Positions 54,110-63,999 are shown, counted from the first letter of the stretch. The stretch: 64,000 nucleotides of DNA from an uncultured Gemmatimonadales bacterium (GCA_963851265.1 CAWKNZ010000002.1:1024001-1088000); one strand, 5' to 3'. The notes: generated by a model from the letters alone, not told the origin. Made by a program: numbers and translations.

Positions 54110-55399
54110 ATCGCACGCGATCTGATCACGCTCGCGCCGCCTACAGAACGCGCGATCCTGGTCGGCGCACCGCTCAAGCGGTCGCACGACCGACACAACG
54201 TCGACGAACACCTCGAGGAGCTCGGCCGCCTGGCCGATACCGCGGGGGCGTCCGTCGTCGGCACGCTCACGCAGCAACTCGACCGCCCGCACCCGGGCAC
54301 GTACCTCGGCAGCGGGAAGCTCGAGGCGCTTAAGGAGCGCGCCGGCGAGCTCGACGCGTCGCTGGTGCTGTTCGACGACGAGCTGTCGCCCGCGCAGGGC
54401 AAGAACATCGAGCAGGCGATCGGCGTGCGCGTCATGGACCGCGCCGAGCTGATCCTCGACATCTTCGCGACCCGCGCGCGCACCAACGAGGCGAAGCTGC
54501 AGGTCGAGTTGGCCCAGCTCGAATACATGCTGCCGCGTCTGACGCGCATGTGGACCCACCTCGAGCGCACGCAGGGCGGCATCGGCACGCGCGGCCCCGG
54601 CGAAACGCAGCTCGAAACGGACCGGCGACTCATCGGCCACCGCATTCGCGTCCTCAAGGAGCGACTCGAAGCGGTGCAGCGGTCGCGCGAGGTGCAGCGG
54701 GCGTCACGGCGCGACAGCTTCCGCGCGGCGCTCGTCGGCTACACGAATGCGGGGAAGTCGTCGATCCTTCGTGGCCTCACCGGTGCGAACGACGTGTTCG
54801 TCGAGGATCGCCTGTTCGCCACGCTCGACCCGCTGACGCGCGAGGCGCAAGTCGGCGCGCACGCGCGCGTCCTCGTCACCGACACGGTCGGGTTCATCCG
54901 CAAGCTGCCGCACCACCTCGTCGCGTCGTTCCGCGCGACGCTCGAGGAGACGCGCGAGGCGGACCTGCTCCTCCACGTGATCGACGCGAGTCATCCGGGC
55001 TGGGAGGAGCAGCGCGCCGTCGTCGAGGACGTGCTCGCCGACATCGGCGTGCGCGAAACACCCGTGCTCTACGTGTTCAACAAGATCGACGCGCTCGAGG
55101 CGGACGTGGTTGACGCGATGCGCACGCGCGAAGCGCACGCCGACGTCGAAGCGGTTTTCGTCTCCGCGCAGACTCCGGGCGGATTGCAGCCGCTTGCCGA
55201 CGCCCTCGCCGCGTGGGAGCAGAAGCGCTACAGCGTGGTCGACGTGTGCCTCGCGGCCGGCGATGGGCGCGAGCTCGCGACGCTCTACCGCGAGGCTGAG
55301 GTGCTGGAGCAGCGGTCGGACGAGGGGATGCTGCACGTACGGGCGCGGGTCGGGTCGCGGCTGCTCGGGCAGCTCCGAGACCGCGGGTTGGTGACGTAA
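54110..55399 (+). CDS. hflX: Ribosome-splitting GTPase HflX with non-canonical start (ATC 54110; alternative CTG 54122)
   Basis: N-domain LEELGRLADTAG...YLGSGK, RGPGETQLE, GYTNAGKS, LFATLD, DTVGF and NKID. No ATG/GTG/TTG in frame between the stop at 54071 and 54365. Confidence 0.93.
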   Translation: MARDLITLAPPTERAILVGAPLKRSHDRHNVDEHLEELGRLADTAGASVVGTLTQQLDRPHPGTYLGSGKLEALKERAGELDASLVLFDDELSPAQGKNIEQAIGVRVMDRAELILDIFATRARTNEAKLQVELAQLEYMLPRLTRMWTHLERTQGGIGTRGPGETQLETDRRLIGHRIRVLKERLEAVQRSREVQRASRRDSFRAALVGYTNAGKSSILRGLTGANDVFVEDRLFATLDPLTREAQVGAHARVLVTDTVGFIRKLPHHLVASFRATLEETREADLLLHVIDASHPGWEEQRAVVEDVLADIGVRETPVLYVFNKIDALEADVVDAMRTREAHADVEAVFVSAQTPGGLQPLADALAAWEQKRYSVVDVCLAAGDGRELATLYREAEVLEQRSDEGMLHVRARVGSRLLGQLRDRGLVT

Positions 55400-55567
55400 T
55401 CCCGCCGGTACGGCACACGGGTGCGACGGCCGGTGCGGCGGCCCTGCTTCCGTCTGCATGCTCGAGCGGCCACATTTGACCGCTGGACTGCGTAGCCGGG
55501 GTTCCGGCGCGCGCGCTTCGCGCCGGCTCGACGCGCGCTGCAGCGGTGACCCGGGATGAGGATCTGA

Positions 55568-57304
55568 GTGCACGGAGCGGGGCAAATCGGTTTCGAAGTT
55601 GGTTCCAAATCCGTCCGCATTCGTGCGCAGCGGTGCCTGTCGCGCGGCCGGCGCGCCGGGCCGATCGTCAGGAGCGTTGGCGCGGTCGTGTTCGCGGTCA
55701 CACTGGCCAGCACGGCCCACGGGCAGGCAGCGCCGCCGGCCCGGCCGACGACGGCGCCAAACACGGCGGCCCCGCCGCTCGGTACCGCGGCGTCAGCAGC
55801 ATCGCCCGGTGCCGTGCCACTCCCGACCGGCGGCCCCCTTCTCGACGCACCGGTCAGTCGCACGCAGTACCGAGTCGGGCCGGGCGACGTGCTCGACGTC
55901 GCGCTCCTCGGCGATCTGACCCGCGTGTTCGCGGTCGGCGTCGCGCCCGAGGGAACGGTGCTCGTCCCAGGGGTCGGCCTCGCGCGCGTCCTCGGCCTCA
56001 ACATCGACGAGGCGGAACGGCGCATCCGCGACCTCGTGCTTCGGTACTACCGCAACGTCGACGTTCGAGTCTCGCTCGCGCAGGTGCGAGCGTTCAAGGT
56101 GTTCGTCGTCGGCGACGTGGCGGCGCCCGGCGTTCGCAACGCGACCGCGGCCACTCGGGTCAGTGAAGTACTCCCGGACGCTCCCACCGATGGAAGCGTG
56201 CGGCACCGGAACGTGATCCTCCGGCGCTCGTCCGGCGACTCGCTCTCGATCGACCTCCTCCGGTTCCGCCAGACCGGCGACCTGAGCGCGAATCCAACGC
56301 TCCGCGAGGGAGACGCGATCATCGTCCCGATCATCGATCGCACGGTTCAGGTTTACGGTCGCGTCGCGTTCCCGGGCACGTACGAGTACCGGCGCGGCGA
56401 AACGCTGCAACAGCTCCTCGCCGTAGCCAACGGCGCCGGACCGTTCCCCGCGGACGCAGCCGACACGCTCCGCGTCGCGCGGTTCGTCGGCGCGGAGCGC
56501 CGCGAATTCCGCGTGTTCTCGCGGACGCAGGCCACCGGTCCGGAAGGTGACCGGTTCGTACTCGAGCCGTCCGACGCCATCTTCGTTCCGGCGGTCGCCA
56601 ACTACAAGGTTCAGAAGACGGCGGCGATCACCGGACAGGTCCTTCGGCCGGGGACGTACCCGATCCGACCGGAGACGACGACCGTTCGTGAACTCGTCGC
56701 CCTGGCCGGCGGATTCACGCCGGACGCGTCGCTCGCCGACGCCACCCTGCGTCGCGTTCCGCCGGCGAGCGAACTCCAGGGCGCGCGACAGCTCGCCAGC
56801 GTCCCACAGGATCTGTTGACGAGCGAGGAGCGGCGAGTCCTCCAGGCGCGGTCGCAGGCCGACCCCGCGCGCGTCGTGATCGACTTCCAGGCGTTGTTTA
56901 CGGGCGGACGCGATGCGCTCGACCAGTCGCTCGAGGCCGGCGACTCGCTCACGGTTCCGGTCCGGCGCACCGGCGTGACCGTGATCGGCGCCGTCACGAA
57001 TCCAGGGATCGTTCCGTACGCGTCGGGGCAGGGCATCGACTACTACGTGAATCTCGCCGGCGGCTACGCGCGGCGCGCCGATCGCGGCGGACGCACGGTG
57101 CTGCGCGCTCGACTCGGCGGTCGCGCGGACGCGACCGACGCGCGCGACATCCGGAACGTCAACGCGGGCGATCAGATCGTCGTCCCGTTCCGCGAACGGT
57201 CGCGCGTTCTGCAAAATTTCCAGACCGCGGCGGCGATCGTCGGTACCGTCACGGGGACGCTCTTCTCGCTGTACACGATTCGCCAGCTGGCGCGCGGCCA
57301 ATGA
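55568..57304 (+). CDS. Polysaccharide export protein with multiple SLBB domains (OPX, Wza/KpsD-like)
   Basis: YRVGPGDVLDV Poly_export motif, repeated G[DRQA]VxxPG SLBB motifs and LAGG motifs; the start may be further downstream. Confidence 0.88.
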   Translation: MHGAGQIGFEVGSKSVRIRAQRCLSRGRRAGPIVRSVGAVVFAVTLASTAHGQAAPPARPTTAPNTAAPPLGTAASAASPGAVPLPTGGPLLDAPVSRTQYRVGPGDVLDVALLGDLTRVFAVGVAPEGTVLVPGVGLARVLGLNIDEAERRIRDLVLRYYRNVDVRVSLAQVRAFKVFVVGDVAAPGVRNATAATRVSEVLPDAPTDGSVRHRNVILRRSSGDSLSIDLLRFRQTGDLSANPTLREGDAIIVPIIDRTVQVYGRVAFPGTYEYRRGETLQQLLAVANGAGPFPADAADTLRVARFVGAERREFRVFSRTQATGPEGDRFVLEPSDAIFVPAVANYKVQKTAAITGQVLRPGTYPIRPETTTVRELVALAGGFTPDASLADATLRRVPPASELQGARQLASVPQDLLTSEERRVLQARSQADPARVVIDFQALFTGGRDALDQSLEAGDSLTVPVRRTGVTVIGAVTNPGIVPYASGQGIDYYVNLAGGYARRADRGGRTVLRARLGGRADATDARDIRNVNAGDQIVVPFRERSRVLQNFQTAAAIVGTVTGTLFSLYTIRQLARGQ

Positions 57305-58560
57305 CCGACCACGGCGCAAGCCTCGGGAACGGCGCGGGCGCGAACGGGCAGTCCCTCCCGCGGGTGGTGGCCGACCCTGTCGGGGGAGGAACCTCCGGCA
57401 GCGTGCCGACCGCGCTCCGCGTCGCTGCCATTCTCGCGCGCGGCTGGCGGCGCGTACTCGCGATCGCACTCGCCACGACGGTCGCGGCGACGGCGGCGGC
57501 CGCATTCTTCCCGCAGACGTACGTCGCGGGGACGCTGCTCGTGCCGTTCGCGGGGTCGTCGCACAGTTCGCTCGCGAGCGCGGGCCTGCCGAGCGGAGTC
57601 GCGGGGCTGCTCGGGAGCGTCGGGAGTTCCCCGGGGGAGCGGCTCCTCAGTTCGGTGCTCTCCTCGGTGCGGCTCTTCGAGGCCGTGTCGCGCCGGGCGG
57701 TTCGCGCACCGCGTGAGTCGGAGATCGTCGACCACGTGCTGCGGAAGGGTGTGCGGGTGGTGCACAACCCGGACGGATCGATCGTGATCCAGGTGAGCGC
57801 GCCGACGCCCGAACTCGCCGCTCGCATCGCGAACACGTATCCGCCAGTGCTCAACGCCGTGCTCGCGCGGCTGAGCGCGGAAGGGGCGGCGGTGAAGCGT
57901 TCGTATCTCCGGACGCAGCTCGACACGGCGGACGAGCGCCTAACGTCGTCGGAGCGGAAGTTCGTCGAGTTCGCCCAGCAACGAACCGCCCCGGCGCCCG
58001 AACAGCAGGCGCAACGCACGCTCGACGCGGCCGCGAGCCTGCAACAGCAGATTTTCGAGCAGGAGGCGGCGATCGCGCAGCTGCGGCGCACGGCGACTGT
58101 CGACAACCCGGAGCTTCGAGCTGCCGAGGCGCTGCTCGCGACGCGCCGCGGACAGCTTCGCGAACTGACCAACGGCGGTGGACCGCAGCGCTCGGTGTTC
58201 GTCCCGGTCGAGCGCGGTCCGGCCCTCCGCGTCGCGTCGACCCGCGTCGAGCGCGAGTACCAGCAGGATCTGCGCGTCTACGCATCGCTCGCGGCGCAGC
58301 TGACCGATGCGGAGATCGACGAGACCAACTCGCTCCCGGTGTTGACCGTCCTCGACCCGGCGCGCGAGCCGGGCGATCCGACTCTCACCGTTCCGGTGGC
58401 GGCGCTGCTCGGGCTCGTCTTCGGGCTCGTGCTCGGCGCCGCCGTCGCGATGGTCCGTGATGCCTTTGCGCGCCTGCGGGGCCGCCCCGACGCCGCGCCG
58501 TATTTCGCCGCGTTCACGCGCGGCGGTACGCGCGAGCCGGCTGCGGTGCAGCGCTCGTGA
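57301..58560 (+). CDS. Polysaccharide co-polymerase / chain-length protein (Wzz/KpsE-like, no kinase domain)
   Basis: Two terminal TM segments around a coiled coil; VLDPAREP Pro motif before the Gly-rich second TM. Confidence 0.8.
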   Translation: MTDHGASLGNGAGANGQSLPRVVADPVGGGTSGSVPTALRVAAILARGWRRVLAIALATTVAATAAAAFFPQTYVAGTLLVPFAGSSHSSLASAGLPSGVAGLLGSVGSSPGERLLSSVLSSVRLFEAVSRRAVRAPRESEIVDHVLRKGVRVVHNPDGSIVIQVSAPTPELAARIANTYPPVLNAVLARLSAEGAAVKRSYLRTQLDTADERLTSSERKFVEFAQQRTAPAPEQQAQRTLDAAASLQQQIFEQEAAIAQLRRTATVDNPELRAAEALLATRRGQLRELTNGGGPQRSVFVPVERGPALRVASTRVEREYQQDLRVYASLAAQLTDAEIDETNSLPVLTVLDPAREPGDPTLTVPVAALLGLVFGLVLGAAVAMVRDAFARLRGRPDAAPYFAAFTRGGTREPAAVQRS

Positions 58561-59522
58561 GCCTGTCACACGGATCCGCCGCGACCGCGACGCCTGCCCG
58601 CGATCCGCTGAACGGCGCGCCGCGCGTGGCCGAACCCGCCGCGGACGGCGCGCCGGTGTCGCGCGCGACGCGCGACGCTGGTTTGGAGACTCACGCGGGC
58701 CACGTTCCGGTGCTCGTCACGATCGACCCGCGGCGCCGGCTGACGTGGCCGAGTCCGCGCGAGCTGTGGGCACACCGCGAGCTTCTGTATTATCTGGCGT
58801 GGCGCGACCTGAAGGTGCGCTACAAGCAGACGCTGCTCGGCGTATTGTGGACCGTCGCGCTGCCGCTCGCGACGGCGCTCGTGTTCACCGTGTTCATCGG
58901 CCGCGTCGCGCGTGTGCAGTCGAACGGGATGCCGTACACGCTGTTCGCGTATAGCGGCCTGCTGCCATGGAATTTCTTCTCGGCGGCGGTCTCTGGCTCT
59001 GCGGGAAGTCTCGTAGGAAGTGCGAACCTGATCACGAAGGTGTACTTCCCGCGCACGATCGTGCCGGCGGCGCAGATCGCGGCGCGACTCGTCGACTACG
59101 CGATCTCGTACGCCGTTCTCGGCCTCATGATGGCGTGGTACCACGTCGCACCGTCGCGCAACCTCTTCCTGCTGCTCCCGCTGACGGTGCTCGCGACGCT
59201 CTGCGCGCTCGCGTTCGGGCTTTGGGTGGCCGCGGTCAACGTGCGGTACCGGGACGTCGGCGTGATCGTCCCGGTCGCGCTCCAGCTCTGGCTGTTCGCG
59301 TCGCCCGTGATGTATCCGATGGAACTCGTCTCGCCGCGCTGGCGCATCATGTACTACCTGAATCCGCTTGCGGGAATCATCGATGGATTCCGCGTCGCGA
59401 TAGGCGGCGGCCGGCTCAACTGGACGGCGCTCGGTATCTCCACGGCCGTCACCTGCGCCGTCCTGGCGTATTCGCTCCGAACGTTCGTGCGATCCGAACG
59501 CAGTTTCGCCGACATCATCTGA
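58557..59522 (+). CDS. wzm: ABC-2 glycan exporter permease Wzm
   Basis: RDLKVRYKQTLLGVLW, LITKVYFPR, RYRDV, SPVMYP and LNPL. Confidence 0.93.
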   Translation: MSLSHGSAATATPARDPLNGAPRVAEPAADGAPVSRATRDAGLETHAGHVPVLVTIDPRRRLTWPSPRELWAHRELLYYLAWRDLKVRYKQTLLGVLWTVALPLATALVFTVFIGRVARVQSNGMPYTLFAYSGLLPWNFFSAAVSGSAGSLVGSANLITKVYFPRTIVPAAQIAARLVDYAISYAVLGLMMAWYHVAPSRNLFLLLPLTVLATLCALAFGLWVAAVNVRYRDVGVIVPVALQLWLFASPVMYPMELVSPRWRIMYYLNPLAGIIDGFRVAIGGGRLNWTALGISTAVTCAVLAYSLRTFVRSERSFADII

Positions 59523-59529
59523 ATTCTGC

Positions 59530-60822
59530 ATGCCGACGGTCGTCTCAGTAGACCGCCTCGCGAAGGTGTACCGCCTCGGTGGGCGTCCCACCTCCGACAC
59601 GCTGCGCGACGCCGTCGTCCAGTTCGCGCGCGCGCCGCTCGGCGCGCTCCGACGCCGCCAGTCGGACGACCCGCTGCAAGAATTGTGGGCACTCCGCGAC
59701 GTGTCGTTCGACATCTCCGATGGCGACGTGGTCGGCTTCATCGGCCACAACGGCGCCGGGAAATCGACGCTGCTCAAGGTGCTCGCGAGGATCGTCGAGC
59801 CCACCTCGGGACGCGTACAGATCCGCGGGCGGGTCGGCAGCCTGCTCGAAGTCGGCACGGGCTTTCACCCCGACCTCACCGGTCGCGAGAACGTCTACCT
59901 GAACGGCGCGTTGCTCGGCATGCGACGTTTCGAGATCGCGCGCCGCTTCGACGAAATCGTCGCATTCTCGGAACTCGAGCGGTTCCTCGACACGCCGGTG
60001 AAGCGTTACTCGAGCGGGATGTACATGCGCCTGGCGTTCGCCGTCGCTGCGCACCTCGAGCCGGAAGTGCTGATCGTCGACGAGGTGCTGGCGGTCGGCG
60101 ACATCGCGTTTCAGAAGAAGTGTCTGGGGAAGATGATGGACGTCGCGAAGCACGGGCGCACGGTGCTCTTCGTGAGCCACAACCTGCAGGCGATCGCGAA
60201 CCTGTGCTCGCGCGCGCTCTTACTCGCGGGCGGTCGCGTCGTGGAAGACGGCGCAGCGGCCGGCGTGATCGACCGGTACTACCAGGCGTTCCAGACGGGG
60301 CAGACCGCGCGTTCGTTCGGCGACCGCGCGGATGGCGACAACCGAATCGTGCTCAGCGCACTTTCGGTCGACCAACCCGGGTCGGAACTCGCGAGCTTCC
60401 GATCCGAAGCGCCGGTCGAGGTCGCGATGCAGGTACGAGTCACCGCCGAGCCCCCGTTCGATGGCTTGGTGATCGGATTCTCGCTCTTCAACTCGGACAA
60501 CGTTGAAGTGCTCTCGTCGTACTACGATGACCTCGAACGCTCGCCACCGGGCGCGGCCGAGTCAGGCGTGTACGACATGCGGTGCACGATTCCCGGCCAC
60601 CTGTTGCAGGAAGGGACGTACCGCCTGATCCCAAACATCGCGATCGCGGAGATCAAGCGGTTCGCGGGTGACGAGCACGCGGTCGAGTTCTCCGTCAGCA
60701 ACGTGCGTGGCGTCGGCAGCCGCTGGCAGTCGCACCGCTGGCGGCGGAGCGTCGTGCTCCCGTACCTCCCCTGGATCGTCGAAGGCGCGGAGTTGCCGGC
60801 GACGGTCGACGTCGGACTATAG
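59530..60822 (+). CDS. wzt: ABC glycan exporter ATPase Wzt with C-terminal extension (Wzt_C-like)
   Basis: GHNGAGKST, YSSGMYMRLAF, VDEVLAVGD and VSH; beta-rich C-terminal domain (LLQEGTY). Confidence 0.93.
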   Translation: MPTVVSVDRLAKVYRLGGRPTSDTLRDAVVQFARAPLGALRRRQSDDPLQELWALRDVSFDISDGDVVGFIGHNGAGKSTLLKVLARIVEPTSGRVQIRGRVGSLLEVGTGFHPDLTGRENVYLNGALLGMRRFEIARRFDEIVAFSELERFLDTPVKRYSSGMYMRLAFAVAAHLEPEVLIVDEVLAVGDIAFQKKCLGKMMDVAKHGRTVLFVSHNLQAIANLCSRALLLAGGRVVEDGAAAGVIDRYYQAFQTGQTARSFGDRADGDNRIVLSALSVDQPGSELASFRSEAPVEVAMQVRVTAEPPFDGLVIGFSLFNSDNVEVLSSYYDDLERSPPGAAESGVYDMRCTIPGHLLQEGTYRLIPNIAIAEIKRFAGDEHAVEFSVSNVRGVGSRWQSHRWRRSVVLPYLPWIVEGAELPATVDVGL

Positions 60823-60843
60823 GTCCGAAGGGGCACTACCGCG

Positions 60844-60875
60844 GCGCGACGGTCGGCCGTCACCGGCCGTCGCGC
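60844..60875. terminator. Hairpin between convergent wzt and the FkbM gene
   Basis: GCGCGACGGTCGG-N6-CCGGCCGTCGCGC (13 bp, one G:U pair). Confidence 0.5.
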
Positions 60876-60880
60876 GCGCG

Positions 60881-61849
60881 TTACGCGTGCGCTGCCGCGG
60901 GCTCGACCTCGATCGTGTTCGGCTGGTTCCCGCGACGACGCGTACGCTCGGCGCGCGTGAACGTCGCGGCGAGCTCCGAATCGTCGGAATGAAAGAGGCA
61001 GAGGTCGACGTAATAGATCGAGCCGTCGCGTCCGTTGGCGTAATCGTGAAGGTCACGGATGAGGTCGATCTCGTCGAGCGTCGTCGAAAGGAGCATGCGC
61101 CCGCTCTGGTCGAAGTAGACGATCGCGGAGTACCCGGCATCGCGCAGCCGCAGCAGCGTGTCGAGGCCGTTCTCGCCGATCGCGTCCATATTCTCCCGAT
61201 TGTACTCCATCAGAATGAGCGGGCGGACGCGCTCGATGTACGACAGTCCACCGCGGATCACGCGACAGTCGAATCCCTCCACGTCCACCTTCAAGACGCG
61301 ATACCGGTCCAGATCGGTCAGCTCCCGCGTGCATTCGTCGAGCGTGGTGAGCGACACCGTCGTCGACGTCGGCCCGGCGTTGGGCACCACCGTCAGGTTC
61401 CACCCTTCCTTCTGGAACACGACGGGGAGGTCTTCGACCCGCTCGCCCAGCAGGACGTTGCGCGCCGTCACGTCCGGAAATTGCCGCATGTTCTGCTGGA
61501 GTATCTCGAAGACGCGTGGATCTCCCTCGATGCAGAAGATTGCGACATCGCCGGCGGTCTTCACGACCGCCGCGGTATCGCCGAAATTCGCTCCGACGTC
61601 GATGACGGCGAGGTCCGGATACTTGGTGAGCGCGAGGGCGACGAGGCGGCTCAGCTCCCCGTTGTGCTTCTCGTCCCAGGTCCGGTGTGGGTAAACGGTC
61701 CCGTTCTCGAACAGCAGGATGGTGTGCGCGCCGACGCGCGTCGGCACGAGCGGAGTCGGGGTGGGCGGCGCCGGTTTGCGCTGAAGCCTGTACCCGAGGC
61801 GATCGAGCGTGTTGGACGCAGCTCGAAGCGTCATTCCCTTCAAGTTCAT
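60881..61849 (-). CDS. FkbM family methyltransferase
   Basis: IDVGANFG, CIEG, TTLD and LKVDVEGFD motifs. Confidence 0.9.
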   Translation of the reverse strand: MNLKGMTLRAASNTLDRLGYRLQRKPAPPTPTPLVPTRVGAHTILLFENGTVYPHRTWDEKHNGELSRLVALALTKYPDLAVIDVGANFGDTAAVVKTAGDVAIFCIEGDPRVFEILQQNMRQFPDVTARNVLLGERVEDLPVVFQKEGWNLTVVPNAGPTSTTVSLTTLDECTRELTDLDRYRVLKVDVEGFDCRVIRGGLSYIERVRPLILMEYNRENMDAIGENGLDTLLRLRDAGYSAIVYFDQSGRMLLSTTLDEIDLIRDLHDYANGRDGSIYYVDLCLFHSDDSELAATFTRAERTRRRGNQPNTIEVEPAAAHA

Positions 61850-61974
61850 GCCGAATTTCCTTGGTGGACGTGGATGACTAGGTCACGTCGGGGAGTCGCT
61901 GCACGACGACCCGAGCGACGTAGATCACCCGATTCCTCGCCGTCCCGCAACGGTCAGCGCGCGAGACGCATGTC

Positions 61975-63255
61975 TCACGCTGCGGCGGATTCTGCACCTT
62001 CGTGATGATACGACTCGGACGCGGCGGCGTCGGGCGTCGAAGCCGTCGCGTGGGGGTCGGAGCGCCGGAACGCCTTGACGGGGAGTTCGCGTCGATTGCC
62101 GTATAAATCGGTAAGCGTCACAAACCTACGTCCGTCCGGTGTCGTCCGAGCCGGCGCAGTGGCCGGGAGCGACGCGATGTCGGTGTCGACCGGGAGCGGC
62201 GTGCCGTGCCGGGCCACCTGCCGTGTCACTGCATCGACTACCTCATCGGGCATGATGGCCCGCATACATGCCATCGCGTGCCCGCAGGTGTTGAGCTTCC
62301 AGCACGGTGAACACGGCACGGGCGCGTACAAGTTCTCGTTACACCCGTAGCCCGTCTGCCCCGGGTGCTCCCGACCCCCGTACACGATGACCGCGCGACA
62401 ATCGACGGCGCGCGCGAGGTGCATCGGCATCCCGACCTGGCCGACGAACAGGAGCGAATTGGCGAGCACGGCGGCCGTTTCACGCAACGAGGTCTTGCCG
62501 CGGAGGTCTACGGCGCCGTCAAGCGGCGGGTCGTTCGGTGAGCCGATTTGCACGAATTCGAAGTCGTGTTTGAGCGCGTCCACCACCGCCTGAAAGCGCT
62601 CGGGAAACCACTGCTTCGTTTTCATCGAGAATCGCGCAGTCAGCCCGGCGCTCTGAATCGCGATCTGGTTGGGTCGCACCACGCCCGCGGCGCGCTCCTC
62701 ATCGGTCAGGTCCAGGCGCGGCTTGAGCGAGATCGGCCCGACGATCCCGACCGCCTCACACATCAAGGTGAGGATGTGCTTGCGCGGGGACACGTCCCGA
62801 TCACCCCAGCGCATGTACCGCGTGTAATGCGGGCGCAGAAGGTCCCAGCCGAACGCGTCGGCCCAACGCATCTGCCGCCAACCCCACTTCAGTAGCAGGG
62901 CGGGGTCGTCGTTCCCGCGCCAGACATCGGGAAACTCGCTCACGACCCAGGTCCCGTCGAACCCGCGGTTCCGCAGCTCGCGGAGCACCACGGTCAGCAG
63001 CAACTCGTCCCCGATCCCGCCGAAGTAGCCGAGGAGCAGGTCGGGGGCGCCGTGGGCACGCCGGACGGCGAACGCCTCGGGTGCCGCGGCGGCAACCATC
63101 ACCTGCTCTCGCGTCCACCGATACCCGGGAACGACGCGCGGAACGTAATGCCGCTCGAACGCCTGCAGTACGCCCGCGGGCCCTTGCTTGCGGGCGATCC
63201 TGCGGGCCGTTTCGAGCTTCCGCTCAACTTTCCGCGCGAGGCTTGGCGGTTCCAT
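61975..63255 (-). CDS. Glycosyltransferase family 9 (heptosyltransferase-like)
   Basis: GGIGD, KQWFPERF, DLRGKTSLRETAA, MHLARA and CSPC...C...CM. Confidence 0.85.
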   Translation of the reverse strand: MEPPSLARKVERKLETARRIARKQGPAGVLQAFERHYVPRVVPGYRWTREQVMVAAAAPEAFAVRRAHGAPDLLLGYFGGIGDELLLTVVLRELRNRGFDGTWVVSEFPDVWRGNDDPALLLKWGWRQMRWADAFGWDLLRPHYTRYMRWGDRDVSPRKHILTLMCEAVGIVGPISLKPRLDLTDEERAAGVVRPNQIAIQSAGLTARFSMKTKQWFPERFQAVVDALKHDFEFVQIGSPNDPPLDGAVDLRGKTSLRETAAVLANSLLFVGQVGMPMHLARAVDCRAVIVYGGREHPGQTGYGCNENLYAPVPCSPCWKLNTCGHAMACMRAIMPDEVVDAVTRQVARHGTPLPVDTDIASLPATAPARTTPDGRRFVTLTDLYGNRRELPVKAFRRSDPHATASTPDAAASESYHHEGAESAAA

Positions 63256-63429
63256 GTCGTCGTCGTCGGTGGAGCGACCGGCGCCGCGCACGAGCCCGCT
63301 CAGCAGCGACGCGCGCGGTGGCGGTCACGCGAAGCGTATCGAAAACCCGGCTGCGCGACCAGTGCCGGACGTCACACAGCGACGCCTTGTGCTCGTCACC
63401 GCGCCGGCGAGCGACGGCGGTGAAGCGCG

Positions 63430-63450
63430 CCTCACCGCGGCGCGGTGAGG
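63430..63450. other. 10-bp inverted repeat between the two GT9 genes
   Basis: CCTCACCGCG-g-CGCGGTGAGG. Confidence 0.45.
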
Positions 63451-63465
63451 ACGCGTGTCGGGCGC

Positions 63466-63999
63466 TTACGCGCCCCCATCCCGGAGCGGGAGCCAAGCGC
63501 GGATGTCCCGTGCCGTGCCGTTCGGGTATGGCACTGTCAGCAGCGTGCGCCCGTCGGCCGTCTCGCGCGACGGCACCCGAGATAACGCGATGGAATCGGT
63601 GTCGACCGCGAGGGGCTCATGACGGCGGGCCACCTGCCGGTCGAGCGCTCGGACGACGTCGGACGGACCGATCGCATCCATACAGCGCAGGCCATAATCG
63701 CACGTGTTGAGCTGCCAGCACGGCGAGCACGGCACCGGAGCGTACAGGTTTTCGTTGCAGGAATATCCCGTCTGGTCGGGGTGTTCGCGTCCGCCGTAGA
63801 CGATGACGCTCGGGCAGTCGACGGCGCGCGCCAGGTGCATCGGCATTCCCACCTGGCCCACGAAGGCCAGCGCGTTGGCAAGCAGCGCCGCGGTCTCGCG
63901 GAGCGTCGTGCGCCCGCGCAGGTCGATGGCGCCGTCGAGCGGCGGGTCGCTCGGCGAGCCGATCTGTAGGAACGTGAACTCCGCCCGCCGCGCGTCGAC
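63466..63999 (-). CDS. Second GT9 paralogue, 5'-partial
   Basis: QIGSPSDPPLDGAIDLRGRTTLRETAA, VGQVGMPMHLARAVDC and NENLYAPVPCSPCW, nearly identical to the neighbouring GT9; frame open to the window edge. Confidence 0.85.
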   Translation of the reverse strand, partial: VDARRAEFTFLQIGSPSDPPLDGAIDLRGRTTLRETAALLANALAFVGQVGMPMHLARAVDCPSVIVYGGREHPDQTGYSCNENLYAPVPCSPCWQLNTCDYGLRCMDAIGPSDVVRALDRQVARRHEPLAVDTDSIALSRVPSRETADGRTLLTVPYPNGTARDIRAWLPLRDGGA

